Shown: piece after piece, positions 36,890-48,230 of the stretch | Layout of the letters: every line of letters begins with the position of its first letter | Numbering within the stretch: the stretch's first letter is position 1 | NCBI GenBank assembly: GCA_000182565.2 | Contig: KQ257450.1 | DNA: 64,000 bases | Source: Spizellomyces punctatus DAOM BR117 | Taxonomy: Eukaryota | Strand: one strand, 5' to 3' | The notes under the pieces: model-generated | Told to the model about the DNA's origin: nothing | The model's database searches: none | The model's input: the letters and a program-made list of their open reading frames with translations, nothing else | Position numbers and translations under genes: made by a program

Positions 36890-39800
36890 ATGGGGAGACG
36901 AAAGAAGATTATTGAGGATGATGGAGATAGCTCAGAAGGAGACCGACCCGGGGAAGACGAGGAGGATGGTATAGAAGCTCACGGTCTCAATGCAGATCTG
37001 GCGGAGGAAGCCGCACTGTTTGCGAACCCATATGGTACTTTCGGTCGTAAGAAGAGACGACGAACAAAGGAAGATAACATTTACGGCATATTTGGCGATG
37101 ACGATAAGGATGATGGGCGCAGTGACGGACGAAAGCAGAATTCTCGTTACATGTCTGGAGTTCGTTTCGTATCTGGCGGTAATATAGCCGGTAGTCGTCA
37201 CACCGACAGTGACGACGATAACTCAGCGGAACACGGAAGTAGTGAGGAAGAGGATAACAATGGACCAAGCCAGAATCAAGACCCTATGGATATCGAAGAA
37301 GATACTGTATCTAGAGGGGGATTAGGCTCTGGGTCACTACGAGCAACGGGTGCAGACGAAGACGGCGACGACGGCTGGAGCGCCGGACGGCCTGGCGTGG
37401 GTACAAATTTCGGTGGAAGACGAGGTCTTGGTAGTATGGAAGACGATGAACCAGATAGAGAACAGACTCGTATGGGTCTTGGAGGTGCCAGCGGTGGTGG
37501 GGTTGGGTTTGGGAGGTCATCCAGGGCCGGCCTTGGGCTGAGTGAGGCCTCTGCGGATGTCCCCGCCGATCTGCCAACATCCTTTGGGTCGACTAGAACA
37601 AAGTCTAGGTCGTCTAGCAACAGTCCAGTCCCGCGATATCAACCAGTCGATAAAGATTTTGGAAGGTTTGAAAGAAGCACCAAGGGTATAGGGTCCAAGT
37701 TACTGGAGAAGATGGGTTGGCGAATGGGTATGGGGTTGGGAAAGGAAGGAACAGGTATTGCTGCGCCAATTGATGTCAAGCTGCGACCAAAAGGTGCTGG
37801 TCTGGGTATGGTGGATGAGCGGACGGAAGCCATAAAGAACGAGCAGTGGGAGCGGCGACAATCAGAGGGTTTGGACGAAGACGAAGAGATACCCACTCGA
37901 AAGACTCAGTTGCGCACAGGGCAATGGAAACAAGGCGCAAGGAAGCAGAAAAAAACTTACAAGTCTGCAGAAGAGCTAGTTGCAGAGCAAGAAAGCGGGG
38001 CGGGCCCGCCGGTGGGGGCGGTACCAACAGCTACCAAAATCTTGGATATGACAGGGCGCGAAGTGCGAGAGCTTTCTGACATATCAGAGATCACGTCCGC
38101 TACTGCCGCCTTTGATATCACGGCAGCTCGATTGCCGGAATTGCGACATAATGTAAAATTGTTAGCCGATCTGGCACAGGACGACCTCTTACATGTCGGC
38201 CGCCAGATGCGCATTGAGAAAACGCGGCAGGAGCAGCTCGGTCGTCAGGAGAAGGTCATTTCGCAACAGGTGAACGATGAGAAAACCCGTATCGTTCGAT
38301 TACAGGCTGTGGTGGAACTTGCGAATGAATGCGAGCGCACCTCTAAGCGATTTAGCTTTGGGCTCGGTGAATTAGACCTCGACGAGCTTATTGAAGCGTT
38401 CTCTATCCCTTTCCAAAAGCTTCAAACTGAACACTTTGAGGAGTATCAAACATATGGTCTGGATGAGTTGGTGGTAGCTTCATTGGCCCCAATCGTGAAG
38501 AGGACGCTTCATGAATGGCAGCCGCTAGCTGACCCAACTTACGGAGCAGAAGCGTTTCGGCAGTGGAAAAAGCTGTTGATGGTACCGGCCCAACCTTCCG
38601 GGAAGGGCCAGGATGTGAACATGGGAGCAGTATCTGCCGATCATGCACCTTCAAGGAAAATGACACCGTACGAAGCGATGATGTATGATATATGGCTTCC
38701 CAAAGTCCGGCAGGCGATCAACAATGAGTGGAGTCCTCAACTACCGGATTCAGTGATTACGCTGCTGGAAGCATGGCATCCCCAATCAGCAAGCACAAAG
38801 AGTCAGATTCGGAATGGGGTTACTGAAGACGGCGACCAGAACGTCCTTCTTCCTTCATGGCTTTATCAAAACATATTGGAACAACTCATACTGCCAAAGT
38901 TAACTCATGAAGTGGATAATTGGAATCCTAGTCAAGATCCGGTCGCAGTTCATACATGGGTGCATCCATGGTTACCACATCTTGTCGATCGCATGGAAGG
39001 AATCTTTACAACTATACGACACAAGTTGGTGGGGTCCTTGAAAGACTGGTATCCGCGTGACCCAAGCGCATTGCTTGTTTTGATGCCATGGAAGGAAGTA
39101 AGTTACTCTTCCAAGTTGTCTTCTTATGGCATCATCCTCATCTCTCTTTTGTTTCTCTTCAGGTCTTTAAGCAGGCCGACATGGAATCACTGCTTGCCAA
39201 GGCCATACTTCCCAAGCTGATTCTTACGCTACGTAACGATTTCGAGGTCAACCCGCGGGCGCAAGACCTTGAGCCACTGCAATGGGTCTTTGCATGGTGC
39301 TCAGTTGTACCGGCCCATCTTCTGGTACATTTGTTCGAGACAGAATTTTTCCCGAAATGGCACAAGGTCCTTTGGGCGTGGCTCTCCAGTCCGCAGGCCA
39401 AAAATGAGGAAATCACAATGTGGTATAAAAGCTGGAAGGGCGTGTTTCCACCAGAATTGGTCAAGGAAGCTGGTATCGTCAACCAGTTCAGAGCGGGACT
39501 GGACATGATGAACCGAAGTCTGGCAATGGGCGGCGCACGAGGCCCTATGCCGGCAGCTCCGCCGCCTATTGCATCCATGTCCCGAACGGCGGCGGCTGGT
39601 GGGAAAGTGGGTAGCGGTACAGCTCGGCGTGCAGCAGCCCCTGCTATGTCCGCTATGGATTCGTTTAGAGATTATGTCGAGCGAAAGGCGAGTGAGCGTG
39701 ATCTGTTGTTTGCGCCTGCCAATCGTGTTCATCCTACAACCGGAAAAGCGCTCTTCCGGCTGGCACCTGCTGCAAAAGCCGCCACTGGCACCGGCGGACT

Positions 39801-39924
39801 CATCGGATACATTGATGAAGGGGTTATATTCGTTGATAACGGAAGTGGAGGATGGGATCCGATGAGCGTGGAAGAGGCGATGGAAATGGCCAAGGGCAAG
39901 GCCAAAGGGAAAGGGAGTGCTTAA
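36890..39924 (+). CDS. TFIP11: Tuftelin-interacting protein 11 / Ntr1 (G-patch + GCFC), 2 exons
   Basis: KEDNIYGIF; G-patch GIGSKLLEKMGWRMGMGLGKEGTGIAAPI; LPELRHNV; HTWVHPWLP; FFPKWHKVL..WYKSWK. Intron about 39098-39162. Confidence 0.95.
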
Positions 39925-40090
39925 GCGCCGTTCTGAATGTATAAATCTAATTATTTCATCTATTGTTCTGCGTGGAATTTTGTATCAAACGAGTATGATG
40001 GAGGATGACCATCCTGCCTGGGATTCCCTTGAGATCAGCCCTCACATGTTTGCCAACTAAATACATAAACGGCATGCTTCATAAAGCACT

Positions 40091-40657
40091 TCAAGCACCC
40101 TTCTTCTTCCATTCCCATACAACTTGTCCATTATTCTTGAACACTCTTATTTCCGTCAACTCTACCTTTGCACATCCAATACTACAGGTGCCCTTCAACT
40201 GTACTCTTCCCACGGGCTTTTTCCTTATACCCGATACTCCCAATTTCGCCTCCTCCGTCTCAGACAGCTTCTCAAACACAGGTACCTCGACGATTGCATG
40301 CGAAGGCATCAGAGAACTGAACAGTCCAGTTTCCTCATATTTGTATTCCTCTGGCCGGTTGGCATCGTAGACGGCCGAGATTTCGAGACCAGGGAATTTC
40401 TTCTCGAACCTTGGGAGCGCTTGGTGCATGAGGAATGTCGCTGCTACAGGGACCCCGTTGAATGTTGGTGAACACTCTAGCCAGCGATCTTGTGATATGA
40501 GCAAAAGTGGGAGCGGAAGGACGACGCCGAGGATAGTCCAGCCTTTAGAACTTGGCATGGCGGCTGGTCGAGGGATTGCGGAAAGGGAACGGTAGTGACA
40601 TGCGAATATTCGACGGCATCTTGCCGTACAGCGTCGCAAGTTGATGCTGCGAATCAT
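40091..40657 (-). CDS. Hypothetical single-pass mitochondrial membrane protein (Coa1/Tim21-like layout)
   Basis: Arg-rich presequence-like N-terminus (MIRSINLRRCTARCRR), hydrophobic segment (WTILGVVLPLPLLLI), beta-rich C-terminus. Family not recognised. Confidence 0.6.
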   Translation of the reverse strand: MIRSINLRRCTARCRRIFACHYRSLSAIPRPAAMPSSKGWTILGVVLPLPLLLISQDRWLECSPTFNGVPVAATFLMHQALPRFEKKFPGLEISAVYDANRPEEYKYEETGLFSSLMPSHAIVEVPVFEKLSETEEAKLGVSGIRKKPVGRVQLKGTCSIGCAKVELTEIRVFKNNGQVVWEWKKKGA

Positions 40658-40821
40658 TGCGTCCAACGCCAAAAGCTGCAGCTTGCGAGGAACTGGGACG
40701 AGGAAACCAAACGAAAACTGTGCCGCACGCTTTCGTGACTGTGGGCGCAGCTGGAACCCATCAAACTCTGGGTTTCTTGGAGGACTCACTGTCGAGTCTT
40801 CCTGAGTGATCTAGACTTTAC

Positions 40822-42904
40822 ATGTACTGCACGAACTGCCTACGTGGGCCTCGTCCCTTCAAGTCGTCCTCTCTTTTCTCCTTTCTATTGGAGAGCCTGT
40901 ATCGTCCAAAGTTACCGGTTGGCCCAGCATCATCATCAGCGACCCCTATTCGCCTGCGACATAGTCGAGCAACAGCGCAAAAATCTACCCACATTTCCAA
41001 ACACAATGGTCGCTTCGCCGGTTCCGGGGATTCACGCTTTGGTGACTACAACCCTCCTGTGTCAATGTCTCGCAATGCTGCAAGGCGGTGGTCCAAAGTG
41101 GCCGCACCTCTCGTGAAGGAAAGGGACAGCGTCTCCTCCGAAGCACCCGAAGTGGAAGAGCGACAATTAAAAGTCGAGTTTGAAGAGCATGGACTGAGGT
41201 TGGACGAGTTCCTCGAGGAGAGACTAAAGATTCGAAAGAACCTTGCACGACTCAAAGTCCTCAATCACGAGGTTGCCGTAAGAGGGTCTGCTCACGCTCG
41301 ATTTGTGGATTTGAAGCCGGCCGGTCAAGTTCATGCTGGGGATGTTGTTGTCGTTGTCATGCCTAAACGAAGAAAGCCGGAAGCAGAAATGACTAAGAAG
41401 GAGAAAAAAGTTCTTGAGGAGCAATTGCAGGTGGGGAATGGCGGAGGGAGTCGTTGGGCTATCGATTGGATGGTATATCTGACTTTGTGGATCTCTGTTA
41501 GGACGAGATTGAGGTTCTTCGTTCCAAGTGAGTGATCAGACTCTACTTTTCCATTGATAACAACATTAAATGAACCAACTCCCATTGATATTTTAGCGTA
41601 CTCTACAAAGACGAGCAAGTATTAGTCCTAAACAAGCCCGCCGGGTTGGCTGTACAAGGTAAGAAAATGCTAAACCGCTATAATGTGCTTAGTCTGCAAG
41701 GTAGTGATCTTACATGCATAATGATACTAGGTGGATCCAAAATGGGCATTCATCTCGACAAGCTACTCGATGGTAAAGCGCTTATTTATTACCCCACAAT
41801 AAATGATTCTAAATTCCGCTGGCACAGGATTACAGTTTGATGCAGCGGAGCCACCCCGTCTCGTTCATCGATTAGATAAGGTACGCACTAATGGTATGTT
41901 GGTATCGATCTTCGACAGACTGCGATTAAATACCGTCAAAGGACACAACAGGCGCGCTCCTGCTTGCCCGGACAAAAGAAGCTGCAGTGCGCTTGAGCAA
42001 CCTTTTCAAATCTGCTGGGGACGGGGTCCAAAAATCAGTACGTCCAGTTACGATGAGTCTAGCGCTCTAATCAGGTTCCTTACTTCATTTCTGCTGTTTG
42101 AAGTATTTGGCGGTTGTCTGCTCTCTACCAGAAGCCTTCACTTCGCAATCTGAATTCACTCAGATCGTCACAGGAATAGTGCAGGTCGGGAAACCGGGTG
42201 TGGAGAAAATGTCAACCGTCGAGTGGTGTAAGTAATAAAATCAGTCTTCAGCGCGTATCCTTCGCATCCTTACCCCCAAAGGCAGATGACATCGATGCCG
42301 CTAGTAGCGCGGAGGCTGGCATAAAGAAGGCAGTAACAGAGTATAGAATCCTGGATTCCGGAAAACAGGTATTTACGCTAATGTTCACGCTGGTGTTGTA
42401 CAAACATGTTAAATGGCAGCATTAAAGGCAAGCTTGGTGGAACTCCGGCCATCTACCGGGCGAAAGCATCAGTTACGTCTCCATTGCGCCAAAATCTTGA
42501 AAGGTGAATTGAGTTTTTGTGCTTGCTATCGCCGTGGGCCCATGGATACTGAATGGGCAATCCCCTCCAGCACCAATATTGGGAGATTACAAATACGGAG
42601 CAGGCTGTCCAAAGAGCTTTGCGGTATGCGCTACTTTGCGGTAAATGTCAGAAGCGGTCACACTGATCAATGCATTGAGTAGGGATTCGTATCGGATCCC
42701 AGACGAGTTCCTCTCCATCTGCATATGCGAAGCATCATCTTAAGGGTGGGAGACATCCCTAAAGTCGAATCTCTGTATGAATATCTTTTTTACAATTTGT
42801 TTATCCAGGACTGGTATGGCACAGGCGCGGACTTGGAGGTGAAAGCGCCATTGCCCTCCCACATGAAAAAGACGTTACAGTCTCTGCGAATCCCAGCTCC
42901 ATGA
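40822..42904 (+). CDS. RluA-family pseudouridine synthase, likely mitochondrial, multi-exon
   Basis: S4-like GLRLDEFL, VLNKPAGLAVQGG, catalytic LVHRLDKDTTG, TGRKHQLRLH, PILGDYKYG, LHLH. Confidence 0.92.
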
Positions 42905-43061
42905 AGGATCGGATGCTTGAGCTCTTACTTAGGGTATAGTAGACTACATAATAATAAAAGCGTTGGGTGCCCTGGTAGAGAGTCGCAGAGAGTCGCAAGT
43001 CAAGCAGACATGGCTTGGGGATTGTTGACTCAGGTTGACGTAAAAGGAATTATTGCCGCTG

Positions 43062-45872
43062 TTAGGGTGTTGAAGAATCGTCCTGTTCCAGCGACAATAG
43101 TGTCTCAACCTCGTCCACTGTACGAGGTGTCGGTAATGGTGGATCATGCTGCACAATAAAAAATGAGAATAACCCTAGGCTAAATGCTTGATGCATGAAT
43201 TACCTTAATGGCTGGATCGGTGACTTTTGTGTACACTTCTCGATATGCTTCAACAAACATGCGAAACGCTCGTTGTGTTACACGTGCAGCCAGCTTTCTC
43301 CGACTTAGTTTTGCAAGCGAGGATGATATCTCCATTGTGGCACCGTACAGGAAAGCATCAAGCTGTGCCATTGCTTCTTGAAGCATGGGAGCCGTGATAT
43401 CTGCCGCTTCAGCATGTGTAAGGGGCAATAGTCCTGATTGTTTCAACACGCTCGCGAACTGGGCGTATGAGAGCATTCATTGATCCGAGTGAGTCGTGCT
43501 CAAAGTAAAAAAATTTCCGATGCAAGGAGCATACCTCTTCGTTTACCAACACGTCCACTTGCGCGTCGACTTGCGCTTCTATGTCGTCAACCCGGATTTT
43601 TGTAAATGGATACAAATTCAACGCTGCCTGGAACACAACAGCGTTGAGTTGGTGTTGAAAGAACATGAGTTGCGCACACCATACCTGTATATGGTGTAAG
43701 CAATTGATGATGTAGATGGCATTTTCAATCGAAGGCAAGCTTGCTGCACCGAGGACACACATTTGCGACAATGGATCCAGGAGCGCCGTCAGTATATCAG
43801 CGAAATCTTCCTCCTTCTGTTCGGATCCCACGAGGGATTCATCATATATGGCCATGATCTCCCTCTGTTATATGGCAAGTCCTTGTCAGTCAGTTGTTTC
43901 CGTAGTTACTTAGGTGTCATGAAATACCAGTTGCAGAACGGTTTCTCGGACTGCTGGTGGTGGCAGAAGGTCGGCTCCAGGAGTCTAGTCGTTTGCGAAA
44001 GATGTAAATGATCAACTTCTGACGTGAGCAACATCAGCAATGGCCGTGGTTTTCATACTTGTACAAAGCGAAGTAGCTGAGATGCATTCGCGTTGAGGGT
44101 CTCAAAGAAAGTTTTGTTTGCAATTTCTGTGATACTGCATATGCATTGTGATATCAGTCTTCTAAGATAAGCTAAGATGGCACAAACCTGGCACTTACTC
44201 GTGAATGGTCCGAGATAGTTGAGCAGTAGGGCCGAGAACTTTTATTATCATGCCTTCGTAAAATTTGACAAGGTTTGCAATGCGGTACGCGACAATGGAG
44301 TCGGACTGTGACGCAAGAACTTGCTCAATCCGGGCCTGTTGAGGTGCCAGTCAGCAACAGGTCGTTTCATCATGGACACGAAATGTTCCCACCTTAAGAG
44401 GGCGGCAAGTACCCTCCATATTCCTGTCAAGTACACGAGCAATCGCTTCGTCATCGACGGAAGATAGACTGCTAATCGCGGAAGCATCGCCCACAGCAGA
44501 GTTCTTTTTGAGTTGTGCTCGCTGGCCTAGCGCGATATCAGTCATGTAGCCCCAATCTAAGTCAGTAATGAAGCAGCCAAGCCGGCCAACCTGTAGCTTT
44601 GACGTCGAACACCGCCTCAAGTATTTCCCGCTCCTCTGTAGATGCTTGATGTAGCCACGCGAGCATATCACCCACGTAGCGCAAAGGGTCAGGGGCATGA
44701 AGTTCGATAGGTCTAGGGAAGCCACCAGGTCCCCCGCGAGTCAATGCATCCAGAAAGGATCGCACCATTGCTGAGCTGCGAATATTGGAAATCTCGTCTG
44801 TGCAAGTTCTGATATCTATATTAAGCTTACACGTTGCACTGATGAAGGCGGTATGGAACAACCTACTGGAATAAAACAGGTCGCTCCTTGAGGGCCCGCA
44901 TTGCGTCCCGCAGTGCTTGCGTGACTTCTGGTGAGTCTCGGTTCAATGATCGACATTCAAATTGTGCCCATCGAAAGAGTTTGTCAAACGCGGTTTCCTG
45001 ATACGAAGCCATCCTTTCCATTATCTCCAAGCTAAAAGCCATAAAATTAGACACGTCCATTCTTCAAAGTAACAAGTGTCCAGAGAATGAGGCAACAGAC
45101 CCCGCTTCTTGATGTTCGGTGACAAGAAGCGCTTTGCAGTCGTCACTGATCTTCTGAAGATGCTTCAATGCATTAAAGAATTCAGCTCCCACATATTGAT
45201 TTGGGGAAGTGAGAGTGAACAATTCGGCATCGGACAGAGTGAATCTTGCAAGGAAAACGTCTGCTATCGCCTTTCGAACTGTACAGCGCTTGCTGTTACG
45301 CGACCCAACTCAGTCATTGGCATGTCGACACACGACAACAATCTTTCACACCTTTCTTCCTTGAGCTCGTGGGTTTGTTTCATTAGATGTGCTGTTTCAT
45401 TGCTCGTCGATCGCAGCCTCTCTTCCATTTCTGAACAACAATCGTTCATGTACTTCATCTCCGCTTCCATGGCCCGCACGCGCTTTATTAAAATATTACA
45501 GATCCGTCAGAAAAGCACCGATACGTATCCGCGAGACCGTCGGTCACCATTTGTTTACCTACCTGTGCTACCACGTCGAAAGCGTCCAAAAACCTCTCAT
45601 TTGTCGCCATGACTCTACGCTCAAGGTCACCGCGCAAATTTCGACGCGCCGTCAGAGTATTATGCTTGTAAAATTCCGATAGAGCCACCAATGCCTCTTG
45701 AGTCTCGGGGTCCTCTAGTGACTTGAGAAATGTTACTGGGACAGTCTACTAAACGTGTGAGAATCAAGGCGTATCCTCATACAATGTCCAGCGTCTTGCT
45801 CAGCTTGCGGGACAGAGGATTGCTTTTTGTGAGCTTATTTTGCAGGGAAGGCGTGTCCGTAGTGGTGGCCAT
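43062..45872 (-). CDS. COG6: Conserved oligomeric Golgi complex subunit 6, multi-exon
   Basis: [80 protein letters not shown]. Confidence 0.95.
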
Positions 45873-46036
45873 CTTGAACAGTTCGGTAGATGATCTACCA
45901 CCAAGATGGCAGTGCGTGAGAAGGCCAAGCGGACTAAAGTGCTGACGCAGCCACGTGACATTTGCAAATGACTGTGCCATACACGTGCATCTGAAACACT
46001 GATCCCGCGGTCGCAAAGAAATATTGCAAAGACGCG

Positions 46037-46042
46037 TATAAA
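46037..46042 (+). promoter_or_regulatory. TATA box about 30 bp upstream of the SRP RNA
   Basis: TATAAA at -32 relative to the predicted G+1 at 46069. Confidence 0.6.
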
Positions 46043-46068
46043 TGCCAACGCAGATCTCCGTCTTTCCA

Positions 46069-46364
46069 GCCGGGCATATTGGTGAATGCCTGTAAGCCAG
46101 ACTTCTGGGCGGCTAGAGTTCAGGGATGACTCATTCATCGGGTTCCATCTCCATAGCAACATCTTCATTTCAGTCCAATCTGAGCGCAGCGTCAACAGCC
46201 TAAGCCACTGGAAGGTGACTTAGGCGGTTGTTTAAGAAGGGGGCAACGCCTCAGGCTGGCAACAGAGCAGGGAAAACTCCTCGCGGTGCGCGGCAGTTGG
46301 ATAGCTGGAATAATGGGATTTGATGTGGTGATGCCGGTGGAAGGTTCAGACCTTCGCTCGTTTT
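46069..46364 (+). ncRNA. SCR1: Signal recognition particle RNA (7SL/SCR1), about 295 nt
   Basis: 5' GCCGGGCATATTGGTGAATGCCTGTAAGCC (Alu helix 3 plus UGUNR). Helix 6 GCCTAAGCCACT-GGAA-GGTGACTTAGGC. Helix 8 CCTCAGGCTG-GCAA-CAGAGCAGGG with the SRP54-binding CAGG/AGCA motif. Long helix-5 complementarity; ends in an oligo-T run. Confidence 0.93.
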
Positions 46365-46366
46365 TT
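46361..46366 (+). terminator. Pol III oligo-T terminator of the SRP RNA
   Basis: TTTTTT immediately after the 3' strand of helix 5. Confidence 0.8.
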
Positions 46367-46500
46367 GATTTTATTTATCGATATATGACAATGGCTACAG
46401 GATGTTTATTTTGTTTATGGTGTTGCGGGCATGTTCATGTTGTCTGTCAATACATTTGAATTTCATGCATGCAAACGAGGATTGTCTAATCGAGACCCAT

Positions 46501-48176
46501 TTATTGTGACGGAAAACTCAGTAGCTCTGAACTACCAATATACAAGTGACAGCCATCTCCTGCTCGCTAAGGTTGAGAGGTTAAATCAGAGTGCACGGAT
46601 ATGAGGAAGAGTACAAACATACCAAACGATGTGAAGCGTATATATCTATTCTTCTTTTTACTAGGGGAATGATGTCGCCTTGGCGATTTCGATATGTAAG
46701 GACCTCATCGTCCTCCTTCCCTTCAATGCTCGGTTCTTCATCAAGAGTGAAATAGAGTCGTACGTTGGGCACGTAGCTCCATGTCGTTCCTAGAGCTGGT
46801 TTCGTTCTTTCTCTCCGTGCCCCTTCTTTGCCCCCAGAGAATGGTCTTCCAACATCGGTAGATTTGAAATCTGATGAAACCGAGTAATTTGTTACCTGGA
46901 CGGGGGCGATTGTCCATAACTTTTCAGATGTAAGTAGAATTAGAGACAAGGCTTACCAGTATGGATATACCGTGTGATAACGCTATCGATTTGAGGATTT
47001 GGGCGATGGTCATCATAATGACATACCCTGTTCACAAAGATTAATCATTTAGCCTTTAGCTATGTACGTCGTTAGGGGCTGGGCGTTCACCTTGACTTTG
47101 TCCATATCCAACCATGGGGGACAGCAGAGCACCTATAGAGTCAATTATCAACAAGCGCACCATGGAGAAGAAGTCTGTCGTCTATTATTGAAGATAACAA
47201 CTTTCAGCATGGAAATAGTATCAAGTTACAAATCGGAACCCATCACAAACCTTGTCCGCCAAACTCTTTTGTACCTCCTCCATAATGTCCACCAGAGAGA
47301 ACGCATCAAAGCAAGGAATACACCGCACCCGCGACAAAATGTTTTTGGTATCCTATCGAGCAAACTTTGAGTACCACGGTAGTCTGACCGTTTTGCGTCG
47401 ATGGATCTGTCGTTACCATTCCCGATTCACGCGACTGCTGAAAGCGGTCGCTGTACGTATACATATCACTCAGGCGGGAAGCGGAGAATGCGTTGCCAGA
47501 GTCAATGTAAAGGACAGTGGCGGTTGGGTCATCCGCGGTTGTCGTAATTGCTGTGAAAAAGCATAGCTAAACGACAGTTTTTAGTATGATATTCACCCGA
47601 CCGCAAGGATATTCAACAATCCAAAAGATCACCTGCGTTTTACCGGTGGCTGGCGGGCCGGCAAACTCTACAAATTCTCCCAAAGCCAAACCGCCTTCCA
47701 AAAGCTGATCGATCCTGGTAGGGTAAAGTATGAACTTTCAATCTTTGACTACAGCACAACACCATGGTGCAGTCCTTACCCAGGACAGCCGGTCGACAGA
47801 AATTTGTGCTGTGCTCTCTGTTCCTCCAAAGCCACGTCACCTGGCGTCGGTTTACTTTGGGAAAGTTCAACTACTGCGTCCGTTAACAAGTTCAGGGTCT
47901 GTCAGAAAAGTAAATACATGACCTATGTCAGCTTCCATGACGTTCGTGACTGGCAAAGTTAAATGGTCATGCCTCATTACTGAGTCCGGTTCGACACAAT
48001 AGCTGTCTATCAGCGAGGAGCAGGTCGCGGACTGCACCGAAAAGGTAGTAAGTAATGGAATTCGTCTGTGAAATCTCGCCCAGTAATGTACCAGTTCGGA
48101 TGCCGACGCTTGCCAACTTATTCGTTGCGTCAGTTAACTTATCGTCATTCCAATCAATGCTAATGAGGATCGTCAT
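46501..48176 (-). CDS. RAD51D: RAD51 paralog D, multi-exon
   Basis: LSTGCPGIDQLLEGGL..EFAGPPATGKTQ (Walker A), VLYIDSGNAFSASRL, VTNY, KPALGTTWSYVPNVRL. Confidence 0.88.
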
Positions 48177-48230
48177 AGAGCGACCCTCCAAAAAGTTCAA
48201 AACACGACGACAGGCAAAGCCGATCTTGCA

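Noticed and set aside
46340..46356. GGAAGGTTCAGAC resembling RNase P RNA conserved regions, with POP4 in the same window
   Set aside because: It is the 3' strand of SRP helix 5; the other RNase P/MRP regions are absent and the SRP motifs explain the locus.
47600..47615. ATATCCTT/GTATCCTT strings as U12-type donors (also near 42255)
   Set aside because: They lie inside ordinary GT-AG introns, not at exon boundaries.
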